Of a stretch of 64,000 nt of DNA, positions 1-14,473 are shown one piece after another. A program made the position numbers and the translations under genes. Where the stretch lies: assembly GCA_964016885.1 (NCBI GenBank), contig OZ024743.1, positions 334,428,001 through 334,492,000 of the forward strand, read 5' to 3'. This DNA is from Eledone cirrhosa. Its lineage: Eukaryota. Below the pieces are notes generated by a model. That model was not told the DNA's origin, ran no database searches, and worked only from the letters and a program-made list of their open reading frames with translations. Within the stretch, counting starts at the first letter, position 1. The number at the start of each line of letters is the position of its first letter.

Positions 1-67
1 CATAAATAACATATGGCTTCTGCACGAGGCCGAGGTGTTGACGAATTATCTGAGGATCAATATTTGT

Positions 68-350
68 GAGGCGGTGAATTGGTGGAGTTGTTAGAACGTC
101 GGATAGAATGCTTTGCGGTATTCGTTTCACTCTCTGGTCTCTAAGTTCAAACCCCACCGAGGTTAACTTTGCCTCGTCGATAACAAGAACGAGTCTAGTA
201 CTGGGGTCAATTCTACCACTATATCTCTTTCTCACTTCCTCCTTCTCCCTCATTATCCTTCTCTGTAAGAACTCTGCTGTATTCAAACCTGGAAAAGAGA
301 TGGAGTCAGCCAGGTTTTAAAATGTCTAAGAAACGCAGTGTGTTAATATG
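68..350 (+). mobile_element. tRNA-derived SINE, Meta-like central domain, long-tail subfamily
   Basis: B-box-like AAGTTCAAACCCC followed by GAGGTTAACTTTGCC...TCGATAA...TACTGGGGTC. The same pyrimidine-rich 3' part recurs at 13185-13478, 21270-21520, 23040-23305 and 59480-59770 (-). Confidence 0.7.
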
Positions 351-789
351 GCGCTCCTACAACTCCTTCATGTGGTATGGGACCACTGTCTACCTACATT
401 TGTGGAGGTAGGAGAGTCAATTTTCCTGCGAGTTGGATTGGCTGATCCAGTGCGTTTCTCTCTCCATCCTCGCCGGAACCAGGAGGTTGACTAACCCTTA
501 AACAGTGAGTAGTAAACACACATACAGACAAAAACACACACACATACATACAGACAAACACAGACAAACACAGACAAACAGACACACATACAGACAAAAA
601 CACACACACACACTCACTCATACTCTTAGAGTAAACAGCTATAAAATTAAATTACGCGCCGAGGTTCAAATGCAGTTTATGTAGGAGGAATATAATGTTT
701 GCAAACATTTATAGTCTAAATTTCTTATAAAAAAAAATAAAAAAATGTCGAATGCTCTGTAGTGTGATCAGCAATGAGATTAACAGTCT

Positions 790-1070
790 AAAGTATGTCT
801 CGCACACAGAGGCTCATCAGGCCAGGGCTTATCCCAGTTTCCGTGGCATGAAGCGACTGACAAATATAAGACCCCTCCTGGACAGGATACCAGTCTATGA
901 CAGAATTAAACCCCCAGCTATTGCTGGTACTCATTTTCAGCTGAGTATAATGGACCAATGTGAAATGAAGTGTTTGGCTCGAGACTACGACACACAACCT
1001 AGTTCAGGAATTGAACGCACGATATTATGATGGTTAAGCCCAACACAATTACCACTAGGCCACGCGCCTC
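790..1070 (-). mobile_element. tRNA-derived SINE with CORE/V-like domain
   Basis: Minus strand begins GAGGCGCGTGGCCTAGTGG (A box) and has GTTCAATTCC (B box). Related copy at 53925-54150. Confidence 0.65.
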
Positions 1071-1626
1071 ATCGGGTAATGCGACTACTTTCCTTAATTC
1101 GATAAATATACGGTTCGAATAATCAATGGAAATATGCGATTGATTGGATTCATGTAAGAAGAGGGGGAAGAAGTGGACAGAATGACACAAGGAGAGCAAA
1201 AGAAACATCTTTCTTGGACTTTCTCGGTTTCGTTCCTCTCTTTAACCCATCTTTCTTCTTCCCTTCCCCTTCATCCTTTGCTATATATTTTATATCTATT
1301 TCCCGGCTCCGTGAAGGTGTGCGGCTCTGTGGTTAGGGAATTTGGCTCAATTGGTATATGAATCTGATCAAAGTTTGTTCTCATATTTTGGTGTCCCACC
1401 TTCTTCACTTTGTGTTTACTCTTCAGGAAAATATATTAACTTTTCGCACCATGGAGTACTTTGTGACTGCCTCAAACAATTCAATTGGTACCTAATATTA
1501 TATATATATTATATTTAATATAGTGATGGCTTCTACAGGACTAGAACTGTTTCATTCGTACGAAGTACACTCCACTAATGTATTGAGTACCTTTTAACTG
1601 TGGGCACCATCTTTTAACACGGGATC

Positions 1627-1764
<138 letters not shown>

Positions 1765-2084
1765 CGAAAAATGAAACATTGTTCGTCGGAATACAGGTTG
1801 CAAATCACTGAAATAGATCCAAATACTTACAGAAATCGAAGTTTTCGTAATCCATTGAAAACGTTCTTTTCGATAAATGTCAAACGCTGTTTACTGAGAT
1901 CACTGGAAGATAGAGAAGAAAGAGTCAGCTGCATCATGACAAATATTAGAACTCAAATAGATGAACAGGTGTCACCGCTCAACATTTTTTATTTCAATTT
2001 ATTTGCTAACGACAAAACCAAATGGGGTTCCGGCCGAAATGGAGTTCTTCCGAAGGTTCTTTGGAATAACGTTATTTGATAGAG

Positions 2085-2463
2085 TGCATACCTCAGAGAT
2101 CAGAGAGCCACTACAGGTATAGCTCCGATACTTTGGGCATGTGGTTAGAATGTCTCAGGAAAGAATCGCTGAACAAGACCCAGGGATAGAGTCCCGAGCA
2201 ATATGTTTGGATAACATCCATGGGCTTGGATGGAATCGCTTGGGGATCCAACCGGATCAGTTGGAGACGGTTGCTTCTGCTGACAGGACCAACTGGAAGG
2301 AGTGTTTGAGGACTCTGTGCCCACGACCCTCTCGGGAATAAGTGGGCGAAGAAGAAGAAGAAGAAGAAGAAGAAGAAGAAGAAGAAGAAGAAGAAGAAGA
2401 AGAAGAAGAAGAAGAAGAAGAAGAAGAAGAAGAAGAAGAAGAAGAACAACAACAACAACAACA
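2085..2463 (+). mobile_element. RTE-clade LINE 3' end with (GAA)n(CAA)n tail
   Basis: Translates LRYFGHVVRMSQERI. Similar to 17460-17690. Ends in a perfect GAA run at 2348-2445. Confidence 0.75.
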
Positions 2464-2469
2464 AAACCC

Positions 2470-2885
2470 GATTCTCATTAAATCGACCCTAGTACTTGAC
2501 TGGTACTTTAATTTACTGACCTCGGAAGGATGAATAACAAACTTGATCTCGGCAGAATTTGAACTCAGGACGTAGAAAGACGTAAGTAAATACCGTAAAG
2601 AATTTTGCCCGACCCTCTACCGATATTACTAATCCAACTATAGGGATGGTAATATAATATTTGTTTCTAGTTTTAGCACAAGGCCAGCAATTTGAAGGGA
2701 AGGGGGAATCACTTAAATCGACCCCAGTGCGTTACTGGTACTTATCGACTCCAGAAGGATGAAAGGTAAAGCTAACCCCAATGGGATGTGAAAGCAGAAC
2801 GTAGAAAGGCGTAACTATATACCGTAAAACATTTTGTTCGATGCTACCAATTCATGGGCCCTATAACGATAATAATAATAATATA
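2470..2885 (-). mobile_element. Two head-to-tail Meta-like SINE copies
   Basis: Two successive blocks of TCGACCC...CTGGTACTT...GAAGGATGAA...(TT/GT)GAA. Confidence 0.7.
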
Positions 2886-3234
2886 TTAATTCTATTATAT
2901 TACTGGTTACAGTCATTGAATTGAAGTTTTGCTGGGGTACTACATTTAATGGGCTATAATCGATCATATTGGCACAAATATATATTTCAGTCTCTCTGTA
3001 CTAAACCTAAACGTAATCACAATCAATAACTCAGAGATAGACACATACTGTATATGCGTGTTTCAGTTGTTTTATCAACGGAATAGCCTGTTTACTGAGC
3101 ATTGACGGAATTGCGATTGAAGATTTTACTGTATCTATGTTGTGTGCGTGTGTGAGTGTGGGGGGATGTCAAGATATCCTATTCCCGTGGCCCACCTATG
3201 AGATAGAAAAATACTGCAGAGAATAAACCCAACG

Positions 3235-3540
3235 TAAATCCAAGTTACTCTTGTAGGATTAAAGAGAACTGCCCATTAAAACAGAAATGTAATATCAAAT
3301 CCATTGGGTTTGTGGCAGAGATTGCACACAATACCACAGAAAATTATGTATGGTGCAAAATTCCTTTAAACAACGATTTTACTCGCATCTCCATTCCGTC
3401 AAGAAAACCCCATATGAAAACCAGCACGGTCCTGGCAAAAGTAGTTTGGCAATTAAATGGAGTCCCACATTAGATTTTCTGGAAGGTTCTTGAAAAGTCC
3501 AGACCTTATATCAACAGTACCAAGAGATGTTGTCTCTGTT
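3235..3540 (+). pseudogene. Degenerate PLE GIY-YIG endonuclease fragment
   Basis: Frameshifted translation SCRIKENCPLKQKCNIKSI...FKQRFYSH...STVLAKVVWQL...WKVLEKSRPYINSTKRCCLC parallels the ORF at 43954-44394. Not in the ORF track. Confidence 0.7.
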
Positions 3541-3695
3541 TCATTTGGATTGAGACGGAGAGAGGAAGGTGGTTAATGATAGCAGATGGTTGGTTTCTTG
3601 AAGTATTCTGAGAAAATATGACTAGAAGAGATTTTGATTTTGACCGTATTATTAAATAGGTTTTCTATTGTGCTAATACTAAGGCATGCTGTGTC

Positions 3696-3807
3696 GTCTT
3701 CTTCTTCTTCTTCTTCTTCTTCTTCTTCTTCTTCTTCTTCTTCTTCTTCTTCTTCTTCTTCTTCTTCTTCTTCTTCTTCTTCTTCTTCTTCTTCTTCTTC
3801 TTCTTCT
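3696..3807. repeat. (TTC)n microsatellite
   Basis: Direct reading. Confidence 0.95.
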
Positions 3808-3827
3808 CATCAATAATACTTATTTCT

Positions 3828-3869
<42 letters not shown>

Positions 3870-4317
3870 ACATTTCCCGATCGATGAGAATATTTTGTTG
3901 ATATCTCAATTAAGAGCCACATTATTGGAGTGTTGACAATAACATTCTCTTTCATTTACCAGCTCTATAGAGAATAGAGGGATGGAATATATTTTAACAC
4001 TAAACCTGAAACTAAACAAGCGACTATGCTATGAACGCCATCTTTAAAGGCTTTACTTTATTATTTGCCTAGTTGTTCTATAGAAAACGTGGCTATTAGC
4101 TTAAACCACGACGCTAGCACTCTTAGAAATTGCATTGATATGATTCCAATACAGTTTATTTCATTATAATGAGATATGTGTGTAGGATATTTTCCATGAA
4201 AATATAGTTAACTGTTTCCATAATTAATATTAAAGAGATGCAAGACAAACACACACACACACACACTGTACATATCATTTGTATTGTTCTCTGGAGCAAT
4301 TATATCTAGCTGGTCGT

Positions 4318-4507
4318 GTATGCATAAATGTATGTATGAATGTATGTATGTATACATGTATGTGTGTATGTATGTATGTATGTATGTATGTATGTATGTA
4401 TGTATGTATGTATGTATGTATGTATGTATGTATGTATGTATGCATGTGTGTATGTATGTATTTATGTATGCATGTATGCATGTATGCATGCATTCATATA
4501 TGTATGT
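4318..4507. repeat. (TATG)n microsatellite
   Basis: Direct reading. Confidence 0.95.
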
Positions 4508-5100
4508 AAAGTTAAAGGTGTTCAGAACATGTGTATTATCTTCATTGTTGTATGCATGTGAAACTTGGATCAAGGGCCAGCGAAATATAAAGATGCTTGA
4601 ACATTTTCAGCAACTGTCTCATCACTGAATACTCGGTATGCATTGGCAATCACATATGAGTGATGTTGAAGTCCTGGAACGAAGTCATTTTGAAAGTATT
4701 GAATCTCACATAATTTAATATAACGACCATTTTATAAGAATGCCAGGTCATCGTATTCCTTAGCAGTTAGTGTATGGAGAGTTATTAAAAGGCCTAAAGA
4801 AAAGCTTAGGTATAAAGACTGTGTCATAAGAGCCTTGATAAGGGTAGAAATCAGAAAGGATAACTGGAAAGACATTGCTTGAGATCGATCATCTTGGAGA
4901 AAATCAGTGTTTAATGGAAAACAGGAATAAAAAAACTCTCGTGTGGAACATGAACCATTTAAAAGGGGTCTGTGTAACAGTCTACACGACATTACTTTAC
5001 CTGGGTTTTCAGACGCCCAAAATCACTATGAGCATTGAGTGTGATGGGATTTGCCTCAGTAAATTTGGTCTTAGAAGTCATCATAGAAGCTATATAAAAT
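4508..5100 (+). mobile_element. RTE (BovB-like) LINE 3' fragment, degenerate
   Basis: KLKVFRTCVLSSLLYACETW...RMPGHRIP*QLVYGEL, with a C-terminal zinc-finger-like ECDGICLSKFGLRSHHR. Confidence 0.75.
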
Positions 5101-5317
5101 GTTGTCGGTGGACCTCAAAGTCGTTTGAAAACTCTCCATAACAGAACAGGGAACCAAAGTGGAAGTAATGTCCATCACTGCATCATATTCAGAAAGGAAT
5201 GTAAATCCTCGGCAGGGCTAAAGAGTGTCACCTATGTCTGAGAGGGGATCAGATGGTGGCAATTCTTGAAATCGAGATTCAGCCATTATATGTGTACATA
5301 TATGCCCCCCTCTCCCT

Positions 5318-5376
<59 letters not shown>

Positions 5377-6236
5377 TCCAAATAGAGGGTGCACAGGACA
5401 AAGACAAAGGAAAACAAATACAACAACGGAAAAACGGACAGTCCCATCTCTTCAGTCAACTTCTGGAAATCGCTGCATTTTCGGTAAATTAAGGTTGATA
5501 TCGTTCATTCCAGTGCACATTGGGACAACAACAAAAAAACAGGTAGAAACAAGTTATGCTTTTGGGCAAATTATGCAAATATAGATGAAAAAGTATCCCA
5601 AGTGCGTCAACTGACAGAGAAGGAAGAAACAATGCGTGAGGGCTTAGCCAAGGAGACAAAATATAGAAAGGCAGGAAATAGTAAAACAGAAGAGAATAAT
5701 TTGGATTGTAGTACGTGCAGATAAAGAACAACGACACAGGCGCAGAAAAGATAAGAGGGAGAACAGAGGAAATTAGACCGAGCGGTATGATGTCTATTAT
5801 ATGATAGTTAAAAAAAAGCCCGGATGACTAAGTATTCAATATAGGGGTCGCACAGGATAAAGACAAAGGGAAGAAGGAAAAAAACCATGGAATGACACCT
5901 CAGTGTCATTTATCTTTGTCTGCACCATGGACAAAATATGAAGCACCCGAGGTGTGGCCCTGAGCTATTTAGCTTATACGTAAGTTCAGCAATGATTCAA
6001 GTTCTATAGTTAAGGAAAGTAGAGCGTAGATTTTATCGTAGAATAGGATCCTTTAATCCTTAAAGAGATCTATAAAATTTAGTACAAAGTATGATTTAGC
6101 GAATCGATGAATATATACAGAGTGAAATATGTTTTGGTCTCAATATGATAAAAAATAACTCATTAAAGGAGGAGCCTCAGCAGAACTTCAGTTCAATGAC
6201 TGTAACCAGTAAAGTAATATGATTAAAATTCTAGGG

Positions 6237-6670
6237 CCAATGTGCAGGATTGTCAGTATCTGTAGAGCGTCGATATATAGTTACGGCCCTTTACATTCTG
6301 AGTTCAAATTTCGCCGAGGTTAGCTTTGTCTTTCATCCTTCCGGAGTTGAAAAAATAAAGTACTAGTAACGAACTGGGGTCTATTTAATTGACCTTCCCC
6401 TCCCCACAAATTGTTGGCCTTGTACCTAAATCAGAAACCATTGTTATTCCTATAGGACCAATGTGTTGGATTGATAGTATCGGTAGAGCGTCGGACAAAA
6501 TGCGTTACGGCATTTCTACGTTATGAGTTCAAATCTCTCCGAGCACAACTTTGCCTTTCATGCCTACAAGGTCGATAAATCATAGAGCCATACAAATATT
6601 GGGGCCCATTGAATCAAATTTCCTCTCTCTCAAATTACTGACCGTGTGTGAAATGCTAGAAACAATTATA
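6237..6670 (+). mobile_element. Two head-to-tail Meta-like SINE copies
   Basis: Repeated CCAATGTG..GGATTG..AGTATC.GTAGAGCGTCG...GAGTTCAAAT...CTTTCAT...AGAAAC(C/A)ATT. Confidence 0.8.
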
Positions 6671-7324
6671 GGAGAGAATAACCAACGGTCAAGCTGAAAC
6701 CGTTTTTGATGGCAAGATAAGAAATCCCTGTATATATTCGTAGAGATCTCTGAATTAAGTGTTGCGTGGGTTAATCCAGATTTACTCCCCTTTTTCCCAC
6801 ACTCACCTGATTTGGCGTGGTGGCGATGCTATATTTATGAACTTATTGTCTTTTTACTGAAAGCACTCAAGGATAATGCTTCATTATAACATGTTTTTGT
6901 TCTGTCAAGTATTACTTATGGCGAACTTGTTGTCCACTACATTTGCCGAGCCAAATACACAAATATAATTTCTCCATTACGAACTACACGGAGGAGGGAG
7001 CATCCTTTGTTGATTTCTATACACAATTTGCCGGAAGTCATTCTTAGAATTCAATACGTTCAAGAGACATCTTCACTGTCATGACATATCCTGGCAAACA
7101 ATAACCAACTTTACCCGTGAATAATATAGAGAATCCTCTGCAAATGTTGGCAGCAGAATACCTATTCATAAAACACATCTAAAATATCACAGTTTTTCTT
7201 TACGAAGCTCTGTATGAAATTAATTGTTATACAGCAGTGAATTAATGCTTAATTAGTTATAAGAATAAACTGTACAGCATGTATTCAATAAATTTACCCT
7301 TTGTTTGTACATATAAAGTTATAT

Positions 7325-7618
7325 ATATGAATACATACATACATATATACATAGATAAGCACATAGATACACAGATTCATACATACATCCATACATACAT
7401 ATATACATAGATAAGCACATAGATACACAGATTCATACATACATCCATACATACATAATATATTCATACATACATACATGTATGCATTGCATGTATGTTT
7501 ATATACAAACATACATACATATATACATACATACATTCATAGATACATACAGTCATACATAAATGCATGCATACATAGATACAAACATACATACATAGAT
7601 TCATACATACATACATAC
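7325..7618. repeat. Imperfect (TACA)n microsatellite
   Basis: Direct reading. Confidence 0.9.
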
Positions 7619-10600
7619 GCGAGATACTTGACGCAAGAAGTCGCATATAGTACATTTAAGATGAATACTATCTCCAACAGTAACGCTATAACTACCAGTC
7701 TTGTTAAATAACTGGATATTCTTCCGATGACATTCAGTGAAGACACCTTTTATTCAAAATCGTGGAGATATGCGACAAAAAATTAGAATGATCTTACAAG
7801 GAATTGCTACAAAACAACATGAATGAACACGACAACATCAATATCAACAACACTAGTGAAGAATCGAAGAAAAACAAGAGTGAGAAAGATAAACATAATC
7901 TTTTAGTTGTAGTTACAGAAAGAACGGAAACTGTCAATCGCATTTTTCTTAAGTTACGAACTTAATGATCTATCTAATTGTTATAAAATGACAAAGAAAA
8001 ACAAGATTCTTCTGTTGACCATATGAACAAAATGAAGCTACACCAGAGCTAAATTATATCACCCAGAGCTAAATTATTTCACAGCCAAACAATTACATCA
8101 ACATGCAACGTTTGTCGAACGTAAAAATAATATAAACATTATTCAAGACAAATAACAACACTAAGTGAGTATTTTCCTGGATCAGGAATGCAATAAGCAC
8201 GTATCACAACAGGTTACCATGTTACTTCGTTTCCTAGATACCAGATCGACCATCAACAACAAATAACAGCAATGAACACATAATCTCTTGAAAGAGAGCC
8301 CTGCCAGCGACAAATTTGACACGCGTATCAGAACTGATTTTATCACAACAGCTATATCTCGCAGTCACATTAACCACCAACATCAAAATACTGCCAATGA
8401 TAATAAGTCTACCATTAACTGGAAAAGTGAAGAATACAAACAGAAAAAATATATCCTTTGTGAAACTTTCCAAAATGAGATGAATTTATGTGTAAAACTT
8501 TCTCTTGAAAAAGACATAAAATGACAAAGAAACTGAATAAAGAAATTCTACGTGCTATCGACAAAATCGGGGACGAATATATACAACAGACTAAATCCAT
8601 TACATTTTGGCAAATTAACGCCTGTCTACATGCTCTAGCAACGATTATCTTGGTGATAATAGAGATGATAACAGAAACAAAACAACAAAAAAAATGTCAT
8701 CGTATATTTCAACAAAAGAAAAAAGATAGTTGACCTACGAAAACTATCGGTTATATGACAGTGCTTATCACATGTAAAAAAGTACAACAAATAAAAACAC
8801 TTCTCACCAACAAAGACTGAAAAATAAAATAGAAATGAAGTTTGGAGACAGTACAAAAAGAACTCTTCAATACAAATTGGTCACCCTCAAACAAGAATTG
8901 AGAGCTGTCAGCAAGGAACTCCGATATAAGAAGAAAGTGGCTGAAGTGAAAATGATTAATAAAAGATTCAACCGAAATCCATCATCAGACTATAAAGATA
9001 TAGGGAACAAATCAATAAATGTCATTGTGGCCTGATTCCAGGAAGATATAGATTCTGTCTGGAGAAAAATATAGGATGAAGAAAAGAAGTTCAACTAAAG
9101 TGCAGTGTGGTTGAAAGAGACTCGAAAGAGTCACCAAAAGTATACAACACTAATTAAGATACACTAGAGAATATGGCAGGAACATCTTAGGATAAGAAAG
9201 CACAAGGAAGTGACTTGATTGTCAGCTGCTGGTACACAAAAGCTGACTTTCTACCGGAAGTATCTTATTAACCTCTACCAGAACAGTTGGGACGAAAGGA
9301 GTTTGGGAGTGTGCTGAGCAACTTTTAATTAACAAAACCGCAACGTCAGTGATATAGCAACATAGGAGAAACTTAGTTACAATATGGCTGAACTACAGGA
9401 AAGCATTCGATTTTGTTCCTCACTCTTGGATGTGAAAGACCCTTCGACTCATTAAAGTCCCAGATACTATAATCAGAGCGACAGAGAAGCTATTCTATCC
9501 TTAAATTAAATATAGAGAAGGAGGGCTATATCGTCATTGATAAAAAAGAGCATTGCAGAGGTATATTTCAAGGAGACAGTCTCTCTGTGATGCTATTTAT
9601 ACTGTTAGTAAAACCCTTGTCCTTTATGCTGAGGAAATATGAAGGATATGTAATAGGTTCACAGGAGGCCAGAAACACTAACCTAATTCGTAGCTTCTTT
9701 GTGGATGACCTGAAATTGTATACCAAGGATATATATGGTATGAAGAACAACCTGGACCTGGTTATATTATCGAAAGATATAGGGATGGCGTTTGAGCTGG
9801 AAATATGTTCCTACATGATTGTAAAACTACAAACCAAATTAATAACATCTCTATTAATTGTTTCACCGTTTCACCGATATCTGTCGAAGACTGCTACAGA
9901 TAGTAGAGAGGTAAAAATATATTTTATGGTGGAATTTGTAACAAAGAACGCGTAACCAGGGCATATAACACCCCGACAAGAAACATATTGTCTTCAGAAC
10001 TCTCTCTACACAAGAAATAAGTGGCTCACAATGTAATTGCTGTGGCTGTGGTGACACCGACATTTGGGCTACTTCACAGAATGCTGGATGAAATCCGAGC
10101 CGTTGATATTAAAACCTGAAAAGTTCAAACGGGCTCCGGGAAATTTCCACATCAACCGTGACGTAGACCGCCTCTACATAAAGCGTAAACAGGGAGGCAG
10201 AGGTCTAACATCAATCCCAAAAGCTGTTGTATTATATCCCTTCGACAACATCTATATAACAAATCTGTCTACACAAGGCAGATAATATCAGGAGAATTGG
10301 AAAAAATCTTCGTGAGGAATACTCCCTGCATGATAGCCAAAATCTCACACTTAAGGAAATTACAGAGTAATACCGCAACGAATCCATAGTTGAAAAGCTC
10401 AATGGCTGTTAGCAAAACATCATGCATGCCTATGTTGTCAGAAAGCTTCAATGTGCGAGAAATATAGATAAGCAAAGTAGTCTGCCTTGGATTAACAACT
10501 GGTATATTAGCTCCGACTTTGAAGGAAATGCTTTTGCAATCTAAGAACAAGAAATAACAAAATGACTGATGGTCAAAAGAGATAGGGATGCAGGCGAAAC

Positions 10601-11195
10601 TCCTAGATGTGACAACAGATTTAGACTGTGTGGAATAAACATATATGATGTTACCCACATCATATCTAAAGATGTCATCATGGTACTATTTACCTATGAT
10701 GCATGATGTAATGAACAGAACACTATAAAATGCCATCCGTAAAAAGGATAGTTTTGAGAATAAAAACATAAAAAATTACAGTAATTTGGAGGACATATGC
10801 ATACATTAATACATAATATAAAAGAGTGCTGGTGGAATGTTCCAGTGAACACTTCAATAAAATGCGAACATAACAGATCATACATAGTCATATGGGACAG
10901 GGAAAAAAATATGCATAGTAGTGTAAGTCAGTCACCCTGCAGATGTCAATATAATGGTAAGGATTAGTGAAAAAGAGAACGTTTATCCGAAATAATGAGG
11001 AATCTGCAGATACTCCACGCTAACTATACCTTTAGATTTGTAGCTGTGATAATTGGGATTCTGTGATATGTCACCTACTGCCTCAATACAAATCTTGAGC
11101 AGCTGAGCTTCATAGAACCAGAGAGAACACGGCTAGTTAGAAAGTTGCAAGACAGTTCATTAATGGAACTATAAAAATATGTTAAACATTTCTGC
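7619..11195 (+). mobile_element. Near full-length degenerate non-LTR retrotransposon, R4/Dong-like with C-terminal restriction-like endonuclease
   Basis: RT motifs RGIFQGDSLS and FVDDLKLY (9555-9720), DVDRLYIKRKQGGRGL (10160-10210), decayed zinc knuckle (about 10600-10700) and WWNVPVNTSIKCEHNRSYIVIWD RLE region (10830-10900). Many stops and frameshifts. Confidence 0.8.
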
Positions 11196-11576
11196 ATATA
11201 CACATGTATAGATACAGAAACATATGCACATGTACACATATAACATGCAGACTCACACATACAATAACACCCATACCTTCACTCACACACACACACACAC
11301 ACAAACACGTACATACACATTCACCTATTTGTTGTCTAAATTCCAATGTAAGAGCCTGGTTTCTATGTTAGAAACCGGTGTTTTTCAGTATTGGTGAACA
11401 TTTATAAAATAAGACCATGCATACACACACAGAGACACACACACAACACACACACGCAAATACACACACATATACATATACACTACCGTGTGTGTGTGTA
11501 TGTGTGCTCTTATATAAATTTTCACCAATAGAGAGAGATGGTCAGTTTTTAACAGAAACAAGCCACACAGCCACTT

Positions 11577-11664
<88 letters not shown>

Positions 11665-11690
11665 AGACACACACCATACACACACACATA
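11577..11690. repeat. (CT)n(CA)n microsatellite
   Basis: Direct reading. Confidence 0.95.
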
Positions 11691-12307
11691 TATATATAAA
11701 TATCCGTGTATGTGTGTGCTGTTGCGTGTATATTTACGTATGTATGCATGATTGTTCTGTGTACGTGCCTACTAAATATATTTCTATAATAGCAATTGAA
11801 ATCCGCTTAGAAATATTGCATATTCAACTTACAGTGTGCTTAAACTGGAAAGCCCCTTGAAAGCGTTTGGTAAAATGGTTTGGATGTTATTTCTTTCCAT
11901 GTTTCTGGAAAGAAATAAAAGATTTTGTCAATAATTCAATATAAATTCTTCTAACGTTGAAAAAGTATAGCTAAATAAATTTGTTTTCATAGGTATGAAT
12001 TAGGAAAATAATAACCCAAACTCTTTAAAAACCTAATTTGAAGTGTTTCTAGCTGAGTATGCATGAAATGAAATGTTGGCTTAATGTTTAGAGAGTTGGA
12101 GTCACACCGGATGATTCGTTAGACCTTGAGCAAGATACTCTATTTCACGTTGGTCCTTCTGCCAGGAGTTGCGACCGGTAGATAGTATTAGAAATTGGAA
12201 AGACCAATGGAAACATTGTTTCCTTAGTCTGATCTGAGGAGTTTCACCCCACTCAGTAAGTGAATGAGGTCTAGGATCTTGTCGATTCGAATCTTTTTTC
12301 AATAAGC

Positions 12308-12562
12308 GGCACACCGTCAGTTACGACGAAGAGTGTTCTAATTGATACACTCAACAGAACAGCCTGATTATGAAATTAAATTAACATGCAAGTGGCTGAA
12401 TGTACTCTTAACGTAGTTTTCAGGGAGATTTAGCGTGATTCAGAATGTGACAAGGCTGGCCTTTCGTATTACAGGTACAACTCATTTTTTTCCAGGTGAG
12501 TGGACTGGAGCAACGTGAAATAAAGTGTCTTGCTCAAGGACACAGCGCGCTGGAATCGAACT
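12308..12562 (-). mobile_element. CORE-type SINE, partial
   Basis: Matches 18830-19141 (GTGTCTTGCTCAAGGACAC and CAGTTACGACGA tail). Confidence 0.75.
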
Positions 12563-13184
12563 GGAATTTGAACCTAAAGGACAAGGAACTAGAATGAACA
12601 CCGTGAAGTATTCTATCCGACCTTCTTATGACTATGCCATTAATAGCATCTACAACATTATAATATAGAGAAACACAATCCTCAATAGCCTAGCTATATC
12701 GTAGAGTTATTTTAAATGTTATTTTCTTGCCGTATATTCTAATGTACGTCAGCTTGAAGGAAACAATTTCTCACCAGGGATATAGTTTCCAGTAAGAAAT
12801 TACAAATACTAGATGTGATTTGAATCAAACAATTCTTCTCGGGTTTGAATAGGTGGATCGTTGGGAACACATTATTGATACATAACACTAACAGAGAGTT
12901 TGGACAATAGGACCGATACAAAAAAAAAGTCATCAAATTAGTTCATGGAACTTAAGGGGTATACATCAATATGCGATCAACCATATCTCCGTAAGCAATG
13001 ATAGATGCGTATTGGAGCATTAATATCCCGAGGAAGATGACTACAGAAATAAAGGAACATAATATAAGCAGTAAATAATATCCTTGAATCTCACAATCTA
13101 TTCGCCGCGCGCTCACGATATGTTCCACTGAGTTCGACATCATGTAATGTACAGTAATAAAATTAACGCTATACTAAATCTTAT

Positions 13185-13478
13185 TATTAGAACGTTGGAT
13201 AGAATGCTTTGCAGTATTTCTTTCGGCTCTCTGCTCTCTGATCTGAGTTCAAATCCGCCGGGGCCAAATCCTGCCTTTTATCCATTCGAGGCCGTTAAAA
13301 AAGTAGCATTTAAATACTGGAGTCGATTCTTCCTTTATTTCATTCTCACTTCCACTCTCTCACTCTCACTCTTTAGCCTTCTCTGGAAGAAATCTGCTGT
13401 ATTCAGATATGGAGAGGAGATAGGCTTTGCCAAGTTTAAACATGCCGAAGAAACGCCGTATGTCAATACGAACCCATG
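13185..13478 (+). mobile_element. Meta-like SINE, long-tail subfamily
   Basis: Homologous to 68-350. Confidence 0.7.
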
Positions 13479-13603
13479 ATTGAATGATTACGAAGTGAAC
13501 TTCTCATCCATACAGCGATGCTATGTCCTCATTTCGAGACACGATCTATGTATCAACATATATTATTCCGCAAGGCTATTTGGACAATTGGTTCATAAGT
13601 TAG

Positions 13604-13852
13604 GATATTCCTTTGTGATTCACAAGATACAGTATCTGTCCATGTGAGAAAATACAATATTCCTTTGTGACCCACAAGTTGTAGTATTTATTCATGTGAG
13701 AAGCTACGGCATTCATTTTTTATTCATAAGTTGCAGTATCTATCCATTCGAGAAAATACGACATTCCTTTCTGTTCCATAAATCGTGGTATTTATTCATA
13801 TGAAACCGTACGATATTCCTCTGTGATTCATTAGTTGTAGTATTCATTCATG
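13604..13852. repeat. 52-bp minisatellite, about 5 diverged copies
   Basis: GATATTCCTTTGTGATTCA-like starts at 13604, 13656, 13708, 13760 and 13812. Confidence 0.85.
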
Positions 13853-13937
13853 CCCCTTTAAATCTGTGTTTGAATCTAGACAGGGTCGTCTTAACTTTTC
13901 CTCTTACAGAATTAGGAAAATAGTATAGCTGAAGGTT

Positions 13938-14473
13938 TAGGGTTGATTTAATCAACTGTTAATTGTGCTTCAACAACAAGGCTTGAGCAAATCAACTGTT
14001 AATTATGGCTCATGATCTAGGATTTATTATATCAACTGTTAATTATGGCTCAAGAACAACAGTTGATTTAATCAACTGTTAATTATTATTCAAGATCTAT
14101 GATTGATTAAATCAACTGTTAATTATGGCTCAAGATCTAGGGTTGAATACTGTTAATTATGGCCCAATATCTAGGGCTAAATTAATCAACTGTTATTTAT
14201 GGTTCAAGATCTAGCGTTGATTAAATCAACTGTTAATTATGGCCCAATATCTAGGGTTGAATTAATCAACAGTTAATTATTGTTCAAGATTAGGGTTGAT
14301 TTAATTAACTGTTAATTATGGCTCACGATCTAAGGTTGATTAAATCAACTTTTATTTATGATTCAAGATGTAGGGTTGATTAAATAAACTTATTTATGAT
14401 TCAAGATCTAGGGTTGATTAAATCAACTGTTAATTATGGCTTAAGATCTATGGTTGATTTGAGCAACTGTTAT
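13938..14473. repeat. 40-bp minisatellite, about 14 copies, with internal palindrome
   Basis: Unit TAGGGTTGATTAAATCAACTGTTAATTATGGCTCAAGATC. GTTGATT-A-AATCAAC is self-complementary. Confidence 0.9.

Noticed and set aside
5430-5490. Minus-strand CUGAAGA as another hammerhead
   Set aside because: No properly placed stem II-GAAA follows it.
12739-13143. Hydrophobic ORFs as host exons
   Set aside because: No recognisable domain, the frames are interrupted, and there are no convincing splice signals.
13604-14473. CRISPR-like array
   Set aside because: The units are contiguous tandem repeats with no unique spacers, there are no cas genes, and the context is eukaryotic.
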